Positions 1 through 14,000 are shown, counted from the stretch's first letter. The stretch: DNA of 64,000 nucleotides from Azolla caroliniana (GCA_043228905.1 JBHGNT010000017.1:7688001-7752000), one strand, 5' to 3'. Notes: generated by a model not told the origin, from the sequence alone. Numbers and translations: made by a program.

Positions 1-1968
1 CGTAATCGTATTGATAGCGGGCCCCTTTCCCTTGCGTGTTGGGCATTGCGTAGCATAGTGTCCGGGTTGCTGACAAATAAAATAATGGATGCTTGATTCT
101 CCCTTCTTGGCTCCAGGTGGTTTGTGCCGCTCTCCGGGTGCTACTTGCTCTTCGCGGTCTGGCCTCGTTTGTCGGAACGTACGCGGTGGCTGTTGTTGGT
201 GCTATCGTTGTTCCTGGTGCCGCTCATCCCCCAAGCTTTCGTCGTAACGTCGGTGATCCCTATGTTGTCGTGGCTGACCCTGATAGCCATTGAAGCCGCC
301 CCGTTTGTTTGTCGGCCGTTGATTCTCGTAGCGCCGACCCCCTTTGGCGTAACTCGGATGTCCACAATAATCCTCGTCCTCTGGGTCGTCCTCCTCGGAA
401 TCGTTGTGATTCCGGCGATTCCGGTTGTACCGGTCCTCCCGCGGGTTGCGATCCTTATACCGGGGTCGGTCTTCTTGCCTCCTTTGTTCAGCCCAGTGCG
501 GTTGACGTTGTGTGTCCATGCTGCGGACTGCAGGAGTGGCTCTATTTAACATATTGTACTCGCATTGGTCGATTGTGTCAGCCTTCGAGTGGCAGATTGG
601 GCAGTGGATTCGCATATTGCACTCCACTGCGGAATGCCCCGAGTTCAAGCAAATCGTGCACTGGATTGCTTGACGAAATTGGCGTTCCTCATCCTAAGGT
701 AACGCTTGTCGTAAGGAGGACATAGAAAACCTTTCCTCCTCGTCATCCAATTCGAGTTGTAACACTCGTTCAATTACCATATCCGTCATTTCCCCTTTCA
801 CGCTATTGTTGTTGAGCGTTGCCCAGATGGGCTGACGTAAAGCTGCCAAAAATGTTTCCTGAGCCTCTTCCTCCGCGGGGCTTCATTCCAATTTCCGTCG
901 TAAATTTGGAAACGTAAGCTGAAGTCCGCTATCGTCTCGGTCGGTAGTTGCTTAATTGTATAAAACTACCCGAGAATCTCGCGTTGTGGGACCCTCCGAT
1001 GGAAGAATCGCAAGAAAGCGGACTGCAGCTGTTCGAAGGTTGTTATGGCTGGTAAATCCATCTGTGAATGCCAAAACGCCGCACGCCCATCTAGTGTTAA
1101 TTCGAACTCCGTCATTTTCGACTGGTGTGCCACCGTCTCAGAGAGATTCTGCGCCATGTGGTTCGCATTCCAGACATTTAGGAACATGCGAATATGCGTT
1201 GCGGCGTCGGTTTCGCCGTTAAAGCGGGGGTAGGCAAAGGCCATAGTGGGAGCTACGGCGGATTGGGAAAGACCACAGGGTGGCTGTGTTGAGCGTGGTC
1301 CCCGCATCTCGTCGAGGTATTTGGGGAGCGAAGAATCCCCTTTGCACTCACGGTAGGTAGTACTAAGGTCGCTGAGGCGCGGCTTTTGCCGTGCGCGTTC
1401 TTCTGCCTAGCATGTGATGAACCTTGTTATTGGTCGGTCTTGTCGTGTTGGTTCTCTGGGTCATCTGTGGCTAAACACCCATTTGTTGTTGCTCGTCTGT
1501 GAGGAAACACAGATCACCATGCGTGCCAAAAGTGCCAAAAGTGTTGTCCGCGGTCAGTCCTTCGACCTAGACCTCAAAGTGGGTGTGGAACAACGAACAG
1601 GTGTTTAAGCGTAATGCGTAAGGGAAGAACCCCTGTAACCTATCAGCGTATAAGGGCAGACGGCTACAACCGAATCCCTGTTAAGGGTTACACTTACGTA
1701 CTACAACGTTTAAGTATTCAAGACACCCACACTGAACTAGCCGTAGCTATACACAGAAAATCAGAGAAGAAAGGATTTTATTATCAGGCGTTTCATTACA
1801 TTCCCCAAAATTACACGCACCTCCATCAGAGGTTTTCTACCCTTTATATATGGAGGGTCTAATTAGTTGTTCACGCTTCCTGTGTGAACCGTTACATGCG
1901 TTATGCTCTTATATAATTTCTTATTCCTATGCTTTTGTCTGTCGGTTACTATTCCGGCGGAGAACAAG
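1..1968 (-). mobile_element. Decayed Ty3/gypsy-like retrotransposon 5' end (LTR ~1542-1968, short PBS, gag remnant)
   Basis: Minus-strand ORFs 966-1307 (FAYPRFNGETDAATHIRMFLNVW, gag-like) and 202-648 (degenerate zinc knuckle CPICHSKADTIDQC). The LTR edge is at 1542 (reads ...GGACAACA on the minus strand), followed by TTTTGGCAC TTTTGGCACGC ATG. A minus-strand TATA is near 1841-1850. Confidence 0.7.
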
Positions 1969-2118
1969 GGACATATTCGTAAATATGTTTTCTAAGAGTC
2001 CATCGGGGCTATATTTGTAAATAGCCGAAAACTCATATTAGTATAAATATGACTTAGGGCAAACTTAGAGAGTTGTTGTCATTCTTGTTGGCGCTAGATC
2101 AGAGAGTGCGTAACAGTG

Positions 2119-2161
<43 letters not shown>

Positions 2162-4281
2162 CGTTGCCTCTGTTGTAACCGCCGCCTGTGGCGAATATCG
2201 TAAGCATGAGGTCGTTGCCTCCGTGAGCTCACTGATTGTAATCATTGTGATATAGTGATAGTTTGGAGTCTGTGAACTCCCGTGGTTTTTCCCTCTCAGG
2301 GTTTTCCACGTTAAACATCCTGTGTACTCTTCTCTCCTTTGTGTCGTGCGTTCATTATCCGTTTTCTGTGTTTGATTTTAGGCTCGGTTGTGGTTGACCG
2401 TTGTTCATCGAAGCGTGTAGTTCCTGTCAAAGTGGTATCAGAGCGAAACGACACAAAAGATGGACGAATCGTTGGGCGGCATGTTCATGCTCACCAGCTC
2501 CAACTATTCAGTGTGGAAGTCAAAGATGAGGGACATGCTCGTGGTTAAAGATCTTTGGTTGCCGGTTCAGTTTGGGGACAAGAGACCGGACAAAATCGAC
2601 GCCACGATATGGGAGGTGATGCACATGAAGACAACGGTGTACATACGGTGCTTCATCGACATGAGCCTATACAACAACTTCAATGAAGAGAGCAAGGCTC
2701 ATGAGCTCTGGGAGAAGATCGACATTATGTTTCAGAACAAAAATGTTGTTAACCAGGTTTCGGTATTCCGGAAGCTAGTAAGACTCCGGTACCAAGATGG
2801 CTCCAGCATGGCGGAGCACATGAATGCCTTCTAGGGGCTGATACACTAGGCAACATCATTGGAAGTACCTCTCGCCGACGAGGTACTAGTGCTACTCCTG
2901 CTCGGTTCCCTCCCGGATAGCTGGGAGACGTTGGTTGTCACTTTGGGCAACACCGTGCCAGAAGGGAAACGGTTATCCCTAGCAAGAGTAAAGTCGAGCT
3001 TGCTAGATGAGGAGGTGTGTCGGAAAGATAAGGATATGAGCTCCGACTCCAAAGCGCTCCTTACCGAATCGGAACGCGGAAGACAAAGGAACCGTAGTCC
3101 GTAGAACCGGGAGAAGTCGGGGACACGGTCAAAGTCAAGGGGGAGGCCTACTTGCTTCTATTGCGGCAAGCCGGGACACTTCCAGAAGAACTGTCGGCAT
3201 TTCCGAAAAGATAAGGAAACCGATGGTACCGATTCGAAGCGGACACCAAACCGGAACGGTAAAGACCGAAGGGGGCCGGACAGGAAGGGAACGACGACAA
3301 TCGCGGCAAGTGAAGAAGAGTTTATGCTCATCACCGAGGAGAGTGAGCTAAACCTTGCCGGCGACGAGACGACTTGGGTGGTCGACTCCGGAGCGTCGTT
3401 CCACCTTACCCCGGACCGGAAATGCTTCTCATCCTACTCAGTCGGTGATCACGGCTGTGTCCGGATGGGGAATGAAGGTACATGCCGAATTGTCGGCATA
3501 GGAGACGTGTGGTTGTCAACACCAACCGGATGCAAGCTGCTACTGAAGGATGTCTGACATATTCCGGAGGTTCGACTGAACCTGATATCAGTCGGTCGGC
3601 TAGATGATGAAGGCTACACGGGTAGCATCCGGAACGGTGTTATGAAGTTCAGCAAAGGGAGCTTGATTGTGGCTCGGGCCCGGAAGGTCAACACGTTGTA
3701 CTTGATGAATGCCTGGTTATGTCCGGAAGAAGTGAACGTGGCATCCGACACTGCCGGTGAGCTGTGGCACAAGAGGTTGTGTCACATGAGCGAGAAGGGG
3801 ATGAAGAGGCGTGCAGACGACAACCTCATTCAAGTGAAGAACGTGCACTTGGAGAAGTGCACTAATTGTCTGGTCAGTAAACAAAACTGGACCTCCTTCC
3901 GATCGAGTCCACCAATGAGACGTAATGCACCACTGGAGTTGGTGCACATGGATGTGTGTCAAGTGGACATGAAGTCACATGCAGGATCGCAGTACTTCGT
4001 GACGTTCATAGATGACCACAACCGGAAGTTGTGGGCCACACCGTTGAAGACGAAGGATCAGGTGTTATCCGTCTTCAAAGAGCTCTACGCGAGAGTGGAA
4101 AGAGAAACCGGCCGGAAGTTGAAGGCGGTTCAAGCAGATAATGGAGGTGAATACCAGGGGCAGTTCGAGGAGTACTGTCGCTCGAAGGGAATCCGGCTCG
4201 AATTTACCGTGCCGAAGACACCGGAACTAAACGGGCTGGCCGAGAGGATGAACCTTACTATAATGGAGAGGATGAACCTTA
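1969..4281 (+). mobile_element. Truncated Tnt1/Tork-like Ty1/copia element (partial 5' LTR 1969-2429, PBS 2433-2444, gag-PR-INT with stops)
   Basis: The LTR ends in TGTCA and is followed by the Met-i PBS TGGTATCAGAGC. Gag starts at 2460, with zinc knuckle CFYCGKPGHFQKNC, protease WVVDSGAS and integrase core. There are in-frame stops and the sequence breaks off at ~4281. Confidence 0.93.
2124..2159. repeat. (AG)n microsatellite inside the copia LTR
   Basis: Direct reading of the sequence. Confidence 0.95.
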
Positions 4282-5932
4282 TTTTTTTATGTAAAAAATG
4301 AAAAAAAAAAATTAAATAAATAAATAATCTTGGATTTTCAACTGAAATCCAATGTATTGCATCGGATTCTAGTTGGAATCCAATGTATTGCATCCAATGT
4401 ACCATTTTCATAATATGTAAAATCTCAGTTAATACAATTAAGCTTACATGGAATTCCATTCCTTATCTCCAAATTGGATAAAAGAACATGACAGATGGAT
4501 AATGAAACTATTGACTTTCTTGTCATGAAAATAATTAGTTGAGAATTTTGGTATGTTTTAAGAAACCATATATGCGTGTGTCATACCATCATGAAATTGT
4601 GCGGAAATGAGCCATTTTTTAACATCTCCCTAGAAGTAAAATAGAGAACACGACATATTGCCTATTTAAAATGTCCTGGTGTTCTATGAAAATCATGGAT
4701 AATTGCATTTTTTGTTTTATACAAGGTGATTATATAAAGCTCTGAATTCTTTGTGTCAATCATTTATTTGTTTGATTTAGAAAACAATATGTTTGTTTTG
4801 GTGTGAAAGAATCCAGGGAAACAATGGTGGAATCATGTTCTTTTATATTAAAAATGTGAAGATTTTCGCAAAGTAAGAACTTAATAATGAGGAATTGAGA
4901 CCTTTTAAAAATCATGCGCTTAGCTCGCCCTTTAGTCAAGCCAACATAGAGGATCCATATCACTAATATTTGAGTTTTGGTGTCTTTGTAGCTGACTTTG
5001 ATTTTTCCACATTATTTCCCTTCTTTGGCACAAATTTACATACACATTATCTATTGACGATGCTTTTCATGTTTCAATATTACTAATGTATCACATCGTG
5101 AGAAACTTCATGAATATGACGATGTGAAAACCCACACTGAAATGATCATGAACCCAACGGTCACATGGACGACATGATGAATAAAATTACTTGAAACACT
5201 ACATGAATGTTTAGTGGAAAGTCATGTAGCTTCGATCCCATGTTGCGAAATATCAAATTTTTTAAGATTAATCATTGCAGTTTAGGGTGTTCATCTTTAA
5301 TCCAAACCTAGGAAACAAACCACGTGTCTCTTTTCTCTAGTGAATAAATAACCATTGCCTAAGGAATCCCCTTTAAAAGTGATGTTCAATTTTGATGCTT
5401 TGTAATGATCATATGAAAATCCAATTGATGGCATTTTTCTATCAATAAAAATATAGAAAAGAGATGTTTGAGCACATGCCTTATTATCCTTTTTTTGTTG
5501 ATTGCATATTGATTTTCTTCCCGATCAAAAGTTGTTTACTTATATATCATATATCTGAAGGTAAACTTTATAAGCCCACCTTTCTTCATTTGGTTATCAG
5601 TATATAATCATTATCGATGAAAGAGAAATATCATTAATACTTTTTGGAGAACTTTCAAAAGATATGTTGGAGTAGTACATCAGCTTAATTCTTTCGAAAA
5701 ATAAAATACATAAAAAAATAGATAAGTTAGTCTTTGTAATTTGATATTCATGAATCATGTTAACAAGTTTGTTATAAAATTGCCATTAACAAGGATACTT
5801 AGTTTTCGTTTTTGCTTTTGATTACCATGTGGTAGATTGTATCAAAGCCAAAACAAGGAACTTCACTTTGTGGAGGTTCTTAGAAACCCCACAAAGCGAC
5901 TGGATAATGTACATAGGTGGGGAGATTGAAAT

Positions 5933-5957
5933 ACACACACACACACACACACACACA
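5933..5957. repeat. (CA)n microsatellite
   Basis: Direct reading of the sequence. Confidence 0.95.
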
Positions 5958-7057
5958 TATTATATACACGTGTACCAAAGGCAAGCTATATTATAAGTTG
6001 TGAATTCTTGGGAAGAAGAAAAGCAAGTGGAAATAAGTTACAAGCACTTGCAACCATGTGTAAATTTGTGATCATATGATGTGGGCACCCATTTAGAAGT
6101 ACATTTGCCTTTTCCTTCGGTGGCCCTATTGAAGGATAAGCACTAGCCAATTAATAAATGTGAAGGTTAGCTTTTGCCTAGTAATTTTATCGCAAAAGCT
6201 TCGGTGGTATATTATTATTTATTGGTGTGGATTTACAATACATTTCTTCTTTCATTTACATGCAAAAACACATGGGAAAAAAAACTTGGTTAGTTTCTTC
6301 TATGAAATGGGGAGAGCTCTCCAATCCATCGATGGTTTTTGAGGTTCTAATGCATTTTTTGGTTTTTAGTACATATGATTTCATCAAAAACGTTTAATTA
6401 GTATGATTGGCATCAAATGTTTTTTGCGATATGCTTTGTAGAAACTTGTAGGAAACTTCGTTGAAGTTTTTCTTCAAGTACACATTTTTTAGAAGATGAA
6501 GCATTTTTTCTCGTGCAAATTTAATGTACATAATAGTAGTAGAAGACAATTAATGACAAATGAAATGTTATATTATCAATCAAAACTATACAAATTGTGT
6601 GTAAGATAAAAGAGTTTAAATCTTGTCCTTTTTTTAATTTCTAATGCTTGTTCATTTTCTAACATTGAGTTGGATGGTCTATTTAAGAAGGTTGATTGAT
6701 AATATGTGCATTCATGTATGCATATGATATGTTATCTCCAAGTGTAGCACATGATTATGTGTGAAAGATATAAATATTTGTACATCCTCATCTAAACACA
6801 TCATAGATCATGGGGAGTTGGTATATTCATGTTTCTATAATTGGATAGTTTTATCAAAAACCCTTTTGCTCTCTTTGTTGGAGAATACTATGGCATGGAA
6901 ATGAGTTAAATCAATGTGTGGATTTATAACTTGAGGGATACATTCATATTTGAATGCATAATTTCCTATTGAAAATTAAAGATTTATTATAATTGTCTAT
7001 GTTGCCTTCTAATTATTGGATGTTTAATATAGTGTCCCTTTAACTTAGACATAATAG

Positions 7058-9478
7058 ATGGAAAGCTTTGAAGAAGTAAAAGAGATAGGGTCTGGAAAAT
7101 TTGGGGTTGCACGACTACTGAGGAACAAGAAGACTCATGAACTTGTTGCTGTGAAATACATAGAAAGAGGCCCAAAAGTATGTAATTTTATTTAGATTAA
7201 ATCATTAAATTTTAGTCCCATTTAGATTCAAAAATTAAAATTTAGTCATGGAACAACCATTCATGCATCTTTGCCATATTAATACATTTTTGTTTTGCTT
7301 TTTCTTTTCCTTTCTAGATTGATGAAAATGTTAAACGGGAAATCATTAATCATCGATCATTACGCCATCCAAATATAATTGGTTTCAAGGAGGTGATTGA
7401 TCTTCGTGAGGTTGCGTTATGTTTATTAAAATATTTTCTTTAATGATAAACTTTAAGTAACTCAAATAAATCAAAGCTTTCTTTTATGATAACAAAATGA
7501 TGGAGACATAGATTTGCTTGACACCTACACATTTAGCGATAGTAATGGAATATGCATCAGGCGGAGAGTTATTTGAACGAATATGTAATGCTGGACGTTT
7601 TGGCGAGGATGAGGTTCTTACACTATAGTGCATATTAAGCTAATAAAAGTATTTTCCATTATATTCTTCTCAACATTAGATAGTAACAACTTTTGGGTTT
7701 ATGTTTTAGGCTAGATTTTTCTTTCAACAATTGATTTCAGGAGTAAGCTATTGCCACGAAATGGTAATACAATGTGTTTTGGGGTGCAAAAGGGGTTATA
7801 CAATGATGGAGGGATTTATTTATCTGATCCAAAAACATTCATTGTCATTTGTTTGCCAGCAAATTTGTCACCGCGATTTGAAGTTAGAGAACACTTTATT
7901 GGATGGAAGTCCATCACCAAAGCTCAAAATTTGTGATTTCGGTTATTCCAAGGTGATGAATGATCTAGTACCCATGATAGTAGTAAAGATCTTATATTTC
8001 ATATCAAACCAATATTTTCCTTTTCTTCAAAATTTCCAGTCATCGTTACTCCATTCTAAACCTAAGTCTACTGTTGGAACACCTGCATACATTGCACCTG
8101 AAGTTTTATCCCGAAAAGAGTATGATGGAAAGGTAATTTCATCAATAAACTCCATTCTCATGAAATTTTCTTCTCATTAATCGATCAATTCTATTATCTT
8201 TTTGAGAGGCTAAAACATGAAAGTATATAAGGAAATCATGAACTTCCTATTGGTAATATCATCACACAATATTGTTACCAAACTCTAATATTATGGCACC
8301 TCATCCAACTATTACTAACAACTATAACAAATGAACAACTTTGCAACCTAACATCACATGCAATAACCTCTTTCTCCATGGTTTTATGTATCTAGCATAG
8401 TGTGTCAATATTATCTTGTTCACTTTTAGAACTAGAAAACTAAGATGGAGAGAAACTGTCAAACAATATTGCATAGTGTTTTGTGAAATGGACACCAATC
8501 TCCAATTTGAGTGAAAAGACCTAGACGTTTATATAATTACAATACAACATTGTTGCATTCTGGCATTGTTTTTCAACACTCCACTTTGTACATAAGATAG
8601 CACAATCAAACAAATAGAAAGTGTGATCCCATGGGTTGTTTACTCCAGCTCCCATGTTTTAAAATGGTGTCACATAGCATGACATCATGTTATATATATT
8701 TATAACACGATGTCATATGTCCATAGATCGCCGATGTTTGGTCTTGTGGTGTCACTCTTTATGTCATGTTGGTTGGGGCATATCCATTCGAAGATTCAGA
8801 GGACCCTCGGAATTTCCGAAAAACGATTAGAGTAAGGCTCCTTGTTTGGATGTTGATAAATCTCGTGCATTTTCTTTTGCATAAATGTAATAATACTTTA
8901 CTTTATGTCGCATTTTGGGTCTCATATTTACTTTGTTTTTTTGTTTACATGCATTTCAATAACACTTTCTTGTACTATGTTTGGATGCAAGACAACTTAT
9001 CACGTATTTTGTTTGTTGTTTGAATAGAGGATTTTCAACGTGCAATACACAATTCCAGACTACATACGCATTTCATCAGATTGCCGACTCCTTCTTTCTA
9101 GAATTTTTGTTTTTAATCCAGCCAATGTGAGAGAGCTTGTTTGTAATTTGCGTTTTTGTTTGGAAAGATGCAAACTATTCCTACTCACATTAAAACTAAC
9201 AATTAGTCTTTTGTGTCTAGAGAATAACCATTGAAGAGATAAAGCACCATCCATGGTTTTTGAGAAATCTTCCTTCAGATTTATTAGGACATGAAATTTA
9301 TTATAATCATGTAAAACCTCTCCAACAAAGTGAGGAGGAGATCATGAGAATAGTCAATGAAGCTAAGCTTCCTATACCTAAGGTCACATCCTCCTTCGAG
9401 AATGCTTCATTTGTTCTTGAAGAAATGGAATTTGATCACCAAGGAGAAAATGGTGGCAACTTTTTTCATGGCATGTGA
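7058..9478 (+). CDS. SnRK2: SNF1-related protein kinase 2 (SnRK2/SAPK family), 9 exons, ~332 aa
   Basis: Exons with GT-AG borders: 7058-7177, 7318-7392, 7512-7613, 7710-7763, 7860-7952, 8040-8132, 8727-8831, 9028-9126, 9221-9478. Internal exon sizes 75/102/54/93/93/105/99 are the canonical SnRK2 pattern. Motifs: [41 protein letters not shown] and the SnRK2 box [13 protein letters not shown]. Confidence 0.96.
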
Positions 9479-10343
9479 AAAAAAGGTCACAACCAATTAT
9501 CTTGTTTCTTAGTTATATATAGGGTTATATAAATATTACAGAGTGGTAAGTTTCATGTGTTGGCAAAATGTTTTTTATTAGATTTCAAAACACATCATAT
9601 TGAGTAAATCATGAATAGGTGTATGGATATGCATCTATGATCGACTCCATTTATTTAATCTATGTTACTATGTGTATATCAGTCTTACAAAGATGCTTTG
9701 GTTTGGTAAATAGTTGCTTGGATTCCCCACCAATCTATTATTCCACACAAAATTACGTTCTTTTGAATTCAACTACTGAAAGATGTCTAAACAAGCATAG
9801 GTTGGAAAGTTTCTCATGCGATCATGAGAGGTATGTAATGTTGATTAAATATACCACAACATATCAATCAACTTCAAAACATCAAAACATTGATAATGGC
9901 AATTTTCAACTTTAGTCCCAAACTTGTCTCATTTACGATTTGAAGATATCGAGCTTCAACCAAACTTGTGAATAAATTTTTTTTACGTCTTTGAGATATA
10001 TGATTTCCAAAGAATCATTGAATTGGAAACATATAAAAATGAGCACTTTCGTTGCATATATCAAATTATATTAATGGTGGTCCCAAAACCACAAACTAAA
10101 CTATTGAAAATCATTAATTGGGTTATAGGGCATTATCACTTGAGCACAAACACTACCCGATGTAAAAAGATAAATTGATACAATCCCAAATAGGAATGCA
10201 TATATATATATACAGTAAATCATTGTTAAAATAACTTGATTACCATGATGAATTAAACCATGTACATCTCACATAATAACAAGGGATTTTGTTACACTAC
10301 AAAGTACAAACTCATTTGGCTAGCCAACATTAGTTAGAGTTTC

Positions 10344-11014
10344 TGTTGAAAAACAGTGCTCGGCCACAACCGAGGAATGGGACCAACTCACAGAAAACAG
10401 GAAATAGACAATGCACAAAACAATAGAGAGAAAGGTACACTGGATGTTTTACGTGGAAAACCCTAAATGGGAAAAAACCACGGGAGTCCTCAAACTCCAA
10501 CTATCACTATGAACAGGGATGTACACTGGTGAAGCTACAAGGCAACAACCTTGAGCTCACTGTCTTCGCCACAGGCGGCGGTAATACACAGAGGCAACGA
10601 CCTCTTCGTCTCTCACTCTCTCTCTCGGCTGCTCTCACTTCTCTCTCTCGGCTGCTCTCACTTCTCATGAAAAATGAGCAACAGCCTAAAAACTGTTTGC
10701 CCTAAGTCATATTTATACATATATGACTTTCGGGCTATTTACAAATATAGCCTCAAGGGCTCTTAGCAAACATATTCACAGATATGTCCCTGCATCCGGA
10801 TCTCTCTCCGGGTACATCCGTCATCCGGCTCCGTAGCCGGGGTCTTCATCATCCGGATCCGTATCCGGGTACTCTTCATCATCCGGATCCGCATCCGGGT
10901 ACTCTTCATCCGGCTTCATGCCGGGTACTCTTCATCATCCGGTTCCGTAACCGCAACCGGGCTTGCCGTCATTCATCTCCGGACATCCCATCCGGAGGGA
11001 CCGTAATCCCAACA
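10344..11014 (-). repeat. 3' LTR of the intact copia element
   Basis: Direct repeat of 15133-15803; the PPT is adjacent. Confidence 0.97.
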
Positions 11015-11024
11015 AACTCCCCCT

Positions 11025-14000
11025 TCACTTCGGCATGGGATGTCTCTCCAATCCGATCCTCTTCCGGCATGCTTCCAGCTTGTCGGGTGTGAGCACCTTG
11101 GTCAGCATATCCGACCCGTTCTCGTCCGTGTGGACCTTCGTCAGCACGAACTCCTGGTCTTCTATCCTTTCCCGGATCCAGTGATATCTTCGCTGGATGT
11201 GCTTCGTCCGGGAGTGATAGGCCGCGTTCTTCGCAAGGTGGATGGCACTCTGACTGTCGCAGTAGAGTCGGTACTCCTCCTGCCGGATACCGAGCTCTCT
11301 AATGAAGTCCTTCATCCATATCATTTCCTTGCCGGCTTCAACAGCCGCCATGTACTCCGCCTCCGTGGTTGACAACGCAACCGTCTTCTGCAGCCTCGAC
11401 TGCCACGAAACAGCTCCCCCTGCATACGTCATCACATACCCTGATGTGGACCGGCTGGTATCTACATCAGCCGACATATCCGAATCGGTAAAGCCGTCGA
11501 GTTCGGGCTTACCGGAGCCGAATCGGAGGCACACGTTTGCCGTGCCCTTCAGGTATCGGAGTATCCACTTGACCGCGTTCCAGTGCTCTTTGCCGGGATT
11601 GCTCATGTACCGGCTCACCACTCCGACTGCGTATCCAATGTCTGGTCTTGTACACACCATTGCGTACATCAAGCTTCCGACAGCAGAGGCATATGGTACT
11701 TTCATCATGTCCTCTTTCTCAGCCTTTGTCCTGGGGCTTTGCTTGCTGGACAGCTTGCAGTTTGCCGGGAGGGTTGATCCGACCGGTCTTGCTTCCGACA
11801 TGTTGAACCGTTGAAGCACCTTTGTCACGTACTTCTCCTGTGACAGCCACAACTGCTTCTTGCTCCGGTCCCGGATGATGTACATCCCTAGTATTTGTCT
11901 CGCCGGACCCAAGTCCTTCATTGAGAAGGTTCGGTGAAGAGCCTTCTTCAGCATCCGTATCTTGACCTGGTCCCGTCCGACGATCAACATGTCGTCCACG
12001 TACAGGAGGAGTATTAGAGAGTCTCCTCCTTCGAACTTCTTCACAAACACGCAGTGGTTCGACTGCGTTTTGTGGTACCCTTCGTCGGTCATGAAGGAGT
12101 CGAACTTCCGGTACCATTGCCGGGGAGCCTGCTTCAGTCCGTAAAGGCTCTTCTTCAACCGGCATACCAGGTGCTCCTTCCCTTTCTTCTCGAATCCTTC
12201 CGGTTGCTGCATGTAGATTTCTTCATCGAGGTCACCGTGAAGGAATGCCGTCTTCACGTCCATCTGTTCTACCTCGAGGTCCATACTTGCCGCTATGCTC
12301 AGCACCGTCCGGATGGAGGTCATCTTCACTACCGGGGCAAATATCTCGTCGAAGTCGACGCCCTTCTTCTGCTGAAACCCCTTCACCACGATCCTGGCTT
12401 TGTATCTCGGGGGGTTTCCGGCATCTCCCGGTTTCAGCTTGAACACCCACTTGTTTCGAAGTGCCCGCTTTCCTTTCGGCAACTCCACAAGTTCATATGT
12501 GTGGTTCTCATGCAGGGAATCCATCTCGTCCTGCATGGCACTCAACCACCTGCGGCTCTGGGTGTCATGCTTCGCTTCCTCAAAGCTCTCCGGCTCCCCC
12601 TCGTCGGTTAGCAACACGTGCTCTGGTTCCGGAAATCTCCGGGGGGCCCTTCTCTCTCTTAGAGGATATCTCCGTTCCGGAGCTTCGGTAACCGGTTCTT
12701 CCGATTCTTCTTCTTCATCCGAATCCATTTCGGGATCGGGGCCGATTCCGGTATCGTTTTCATCTTCTTCGGCCGGTTCTGTTTCTTCACCATCTTCGGC
12801 CGGATGCTCGAGTGCTAACCGGTCCCTTGCCGGTCGGGACTGCTCCTCGTAGAGTTGATCCTCACCGGTCGACTTGGAGCTCTTCATCTTCTTCTCCGAT
12901 TCCCAGTCGGCGAGTGACTTGTCCTCCATGAAGATGATGTCTCGACTCCTGAATATCTTCTTGTCGACCGGGTCCCATACTCGGTAGCCGAACTCGTCGT
13001 CGCCGTAACCGAGGAATATGCATGGCCGGGTCTTTGGATCTAACTTTCCTCTCCGGTCCTTTGCCACATGTACGTATGCGAGACACCCGAACACCTTCAG
13101 ATGCCGGTAGGACACTTCCTTACCGGTCCACACTTTCTGCGGCGTGTCTCCGTCCAAAGGTACTGAGGGTGATCTATTTATCACATACGTCGCCGTCGAC
13201 ATTGCCTCAGCCCAAAATCCCTTGGGTAATTTCGCATGCGCCAGCATACTCCGGACCCTCTCCATTATGGTCCGGTTCATCCTCTCGGCCAGCCCGTTCA
13301 GTTCCGGCGTCTTCGGCACAGTAAACTCGAGCCGGATTCCCTTCGAGCGACAGTACTCCTGGAACTGCCCCCGGTATTCTCCTCCGTTATCCGCTCGTAC
13401 CGCTTTCAGCTTCTTGCCGGATTCTCTTTCCACCCTCGCGTGGAGTTCTTTGAAGACGGACAGTACTTGGTCCTTTGTCTTCAACGGTGCCGTCCACAGC
13501 TTCCGGCTGTGGTCATCAATGAATGTCACGAAGTACTGGGCTCCGCCATGTGACTTCGTTTCTACTTGACACACGTCTGTGTGCACCAGCTCCAACGGTC
13601 CGCTACGTCTCGTCGGTGGCCTTGAGTGGAAGGAGGTCCGGTTTTGCTTACCGGCCAGACAGTCGGTGCACTTCTCCAGGTGCACATGCTTCACTGGAAT
13701 AAGGTTGTCTTCTGCAAGCCTCCTCATCCCCTTCTCACTCATGTGGCACAGTCTCTTGTGCCACAGCTCACCGGCAGCGTCGGCTGCCACGTTCAGCTCC
13801 TCCGGACATAGCCGGGAATTCATCAGGTACAGTGTGTTGACCTTCCGGGCCCGAGCCACTATCAAGCTCCCCTTGCTGAACTTCATGACACCGTTCCGGA
13901 TGCTACCCGTGTAGCCTTCATCATCTAGCCTCCCGGCCGAAATCAGGTTCAGTCGGACCTCCGGAACGTGTCGGACATTCTTCAGCAGCATTTTGCATCC

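Noticed and set aside
5320-5975. ABRE/G-box-like CACGTG motifs upstream of SnRK2 (~5321, ~5966)
   Set aside because: Short hexamers 1.1-1.7 kb from the ATG are expected by chance; there is no supporting evidence.
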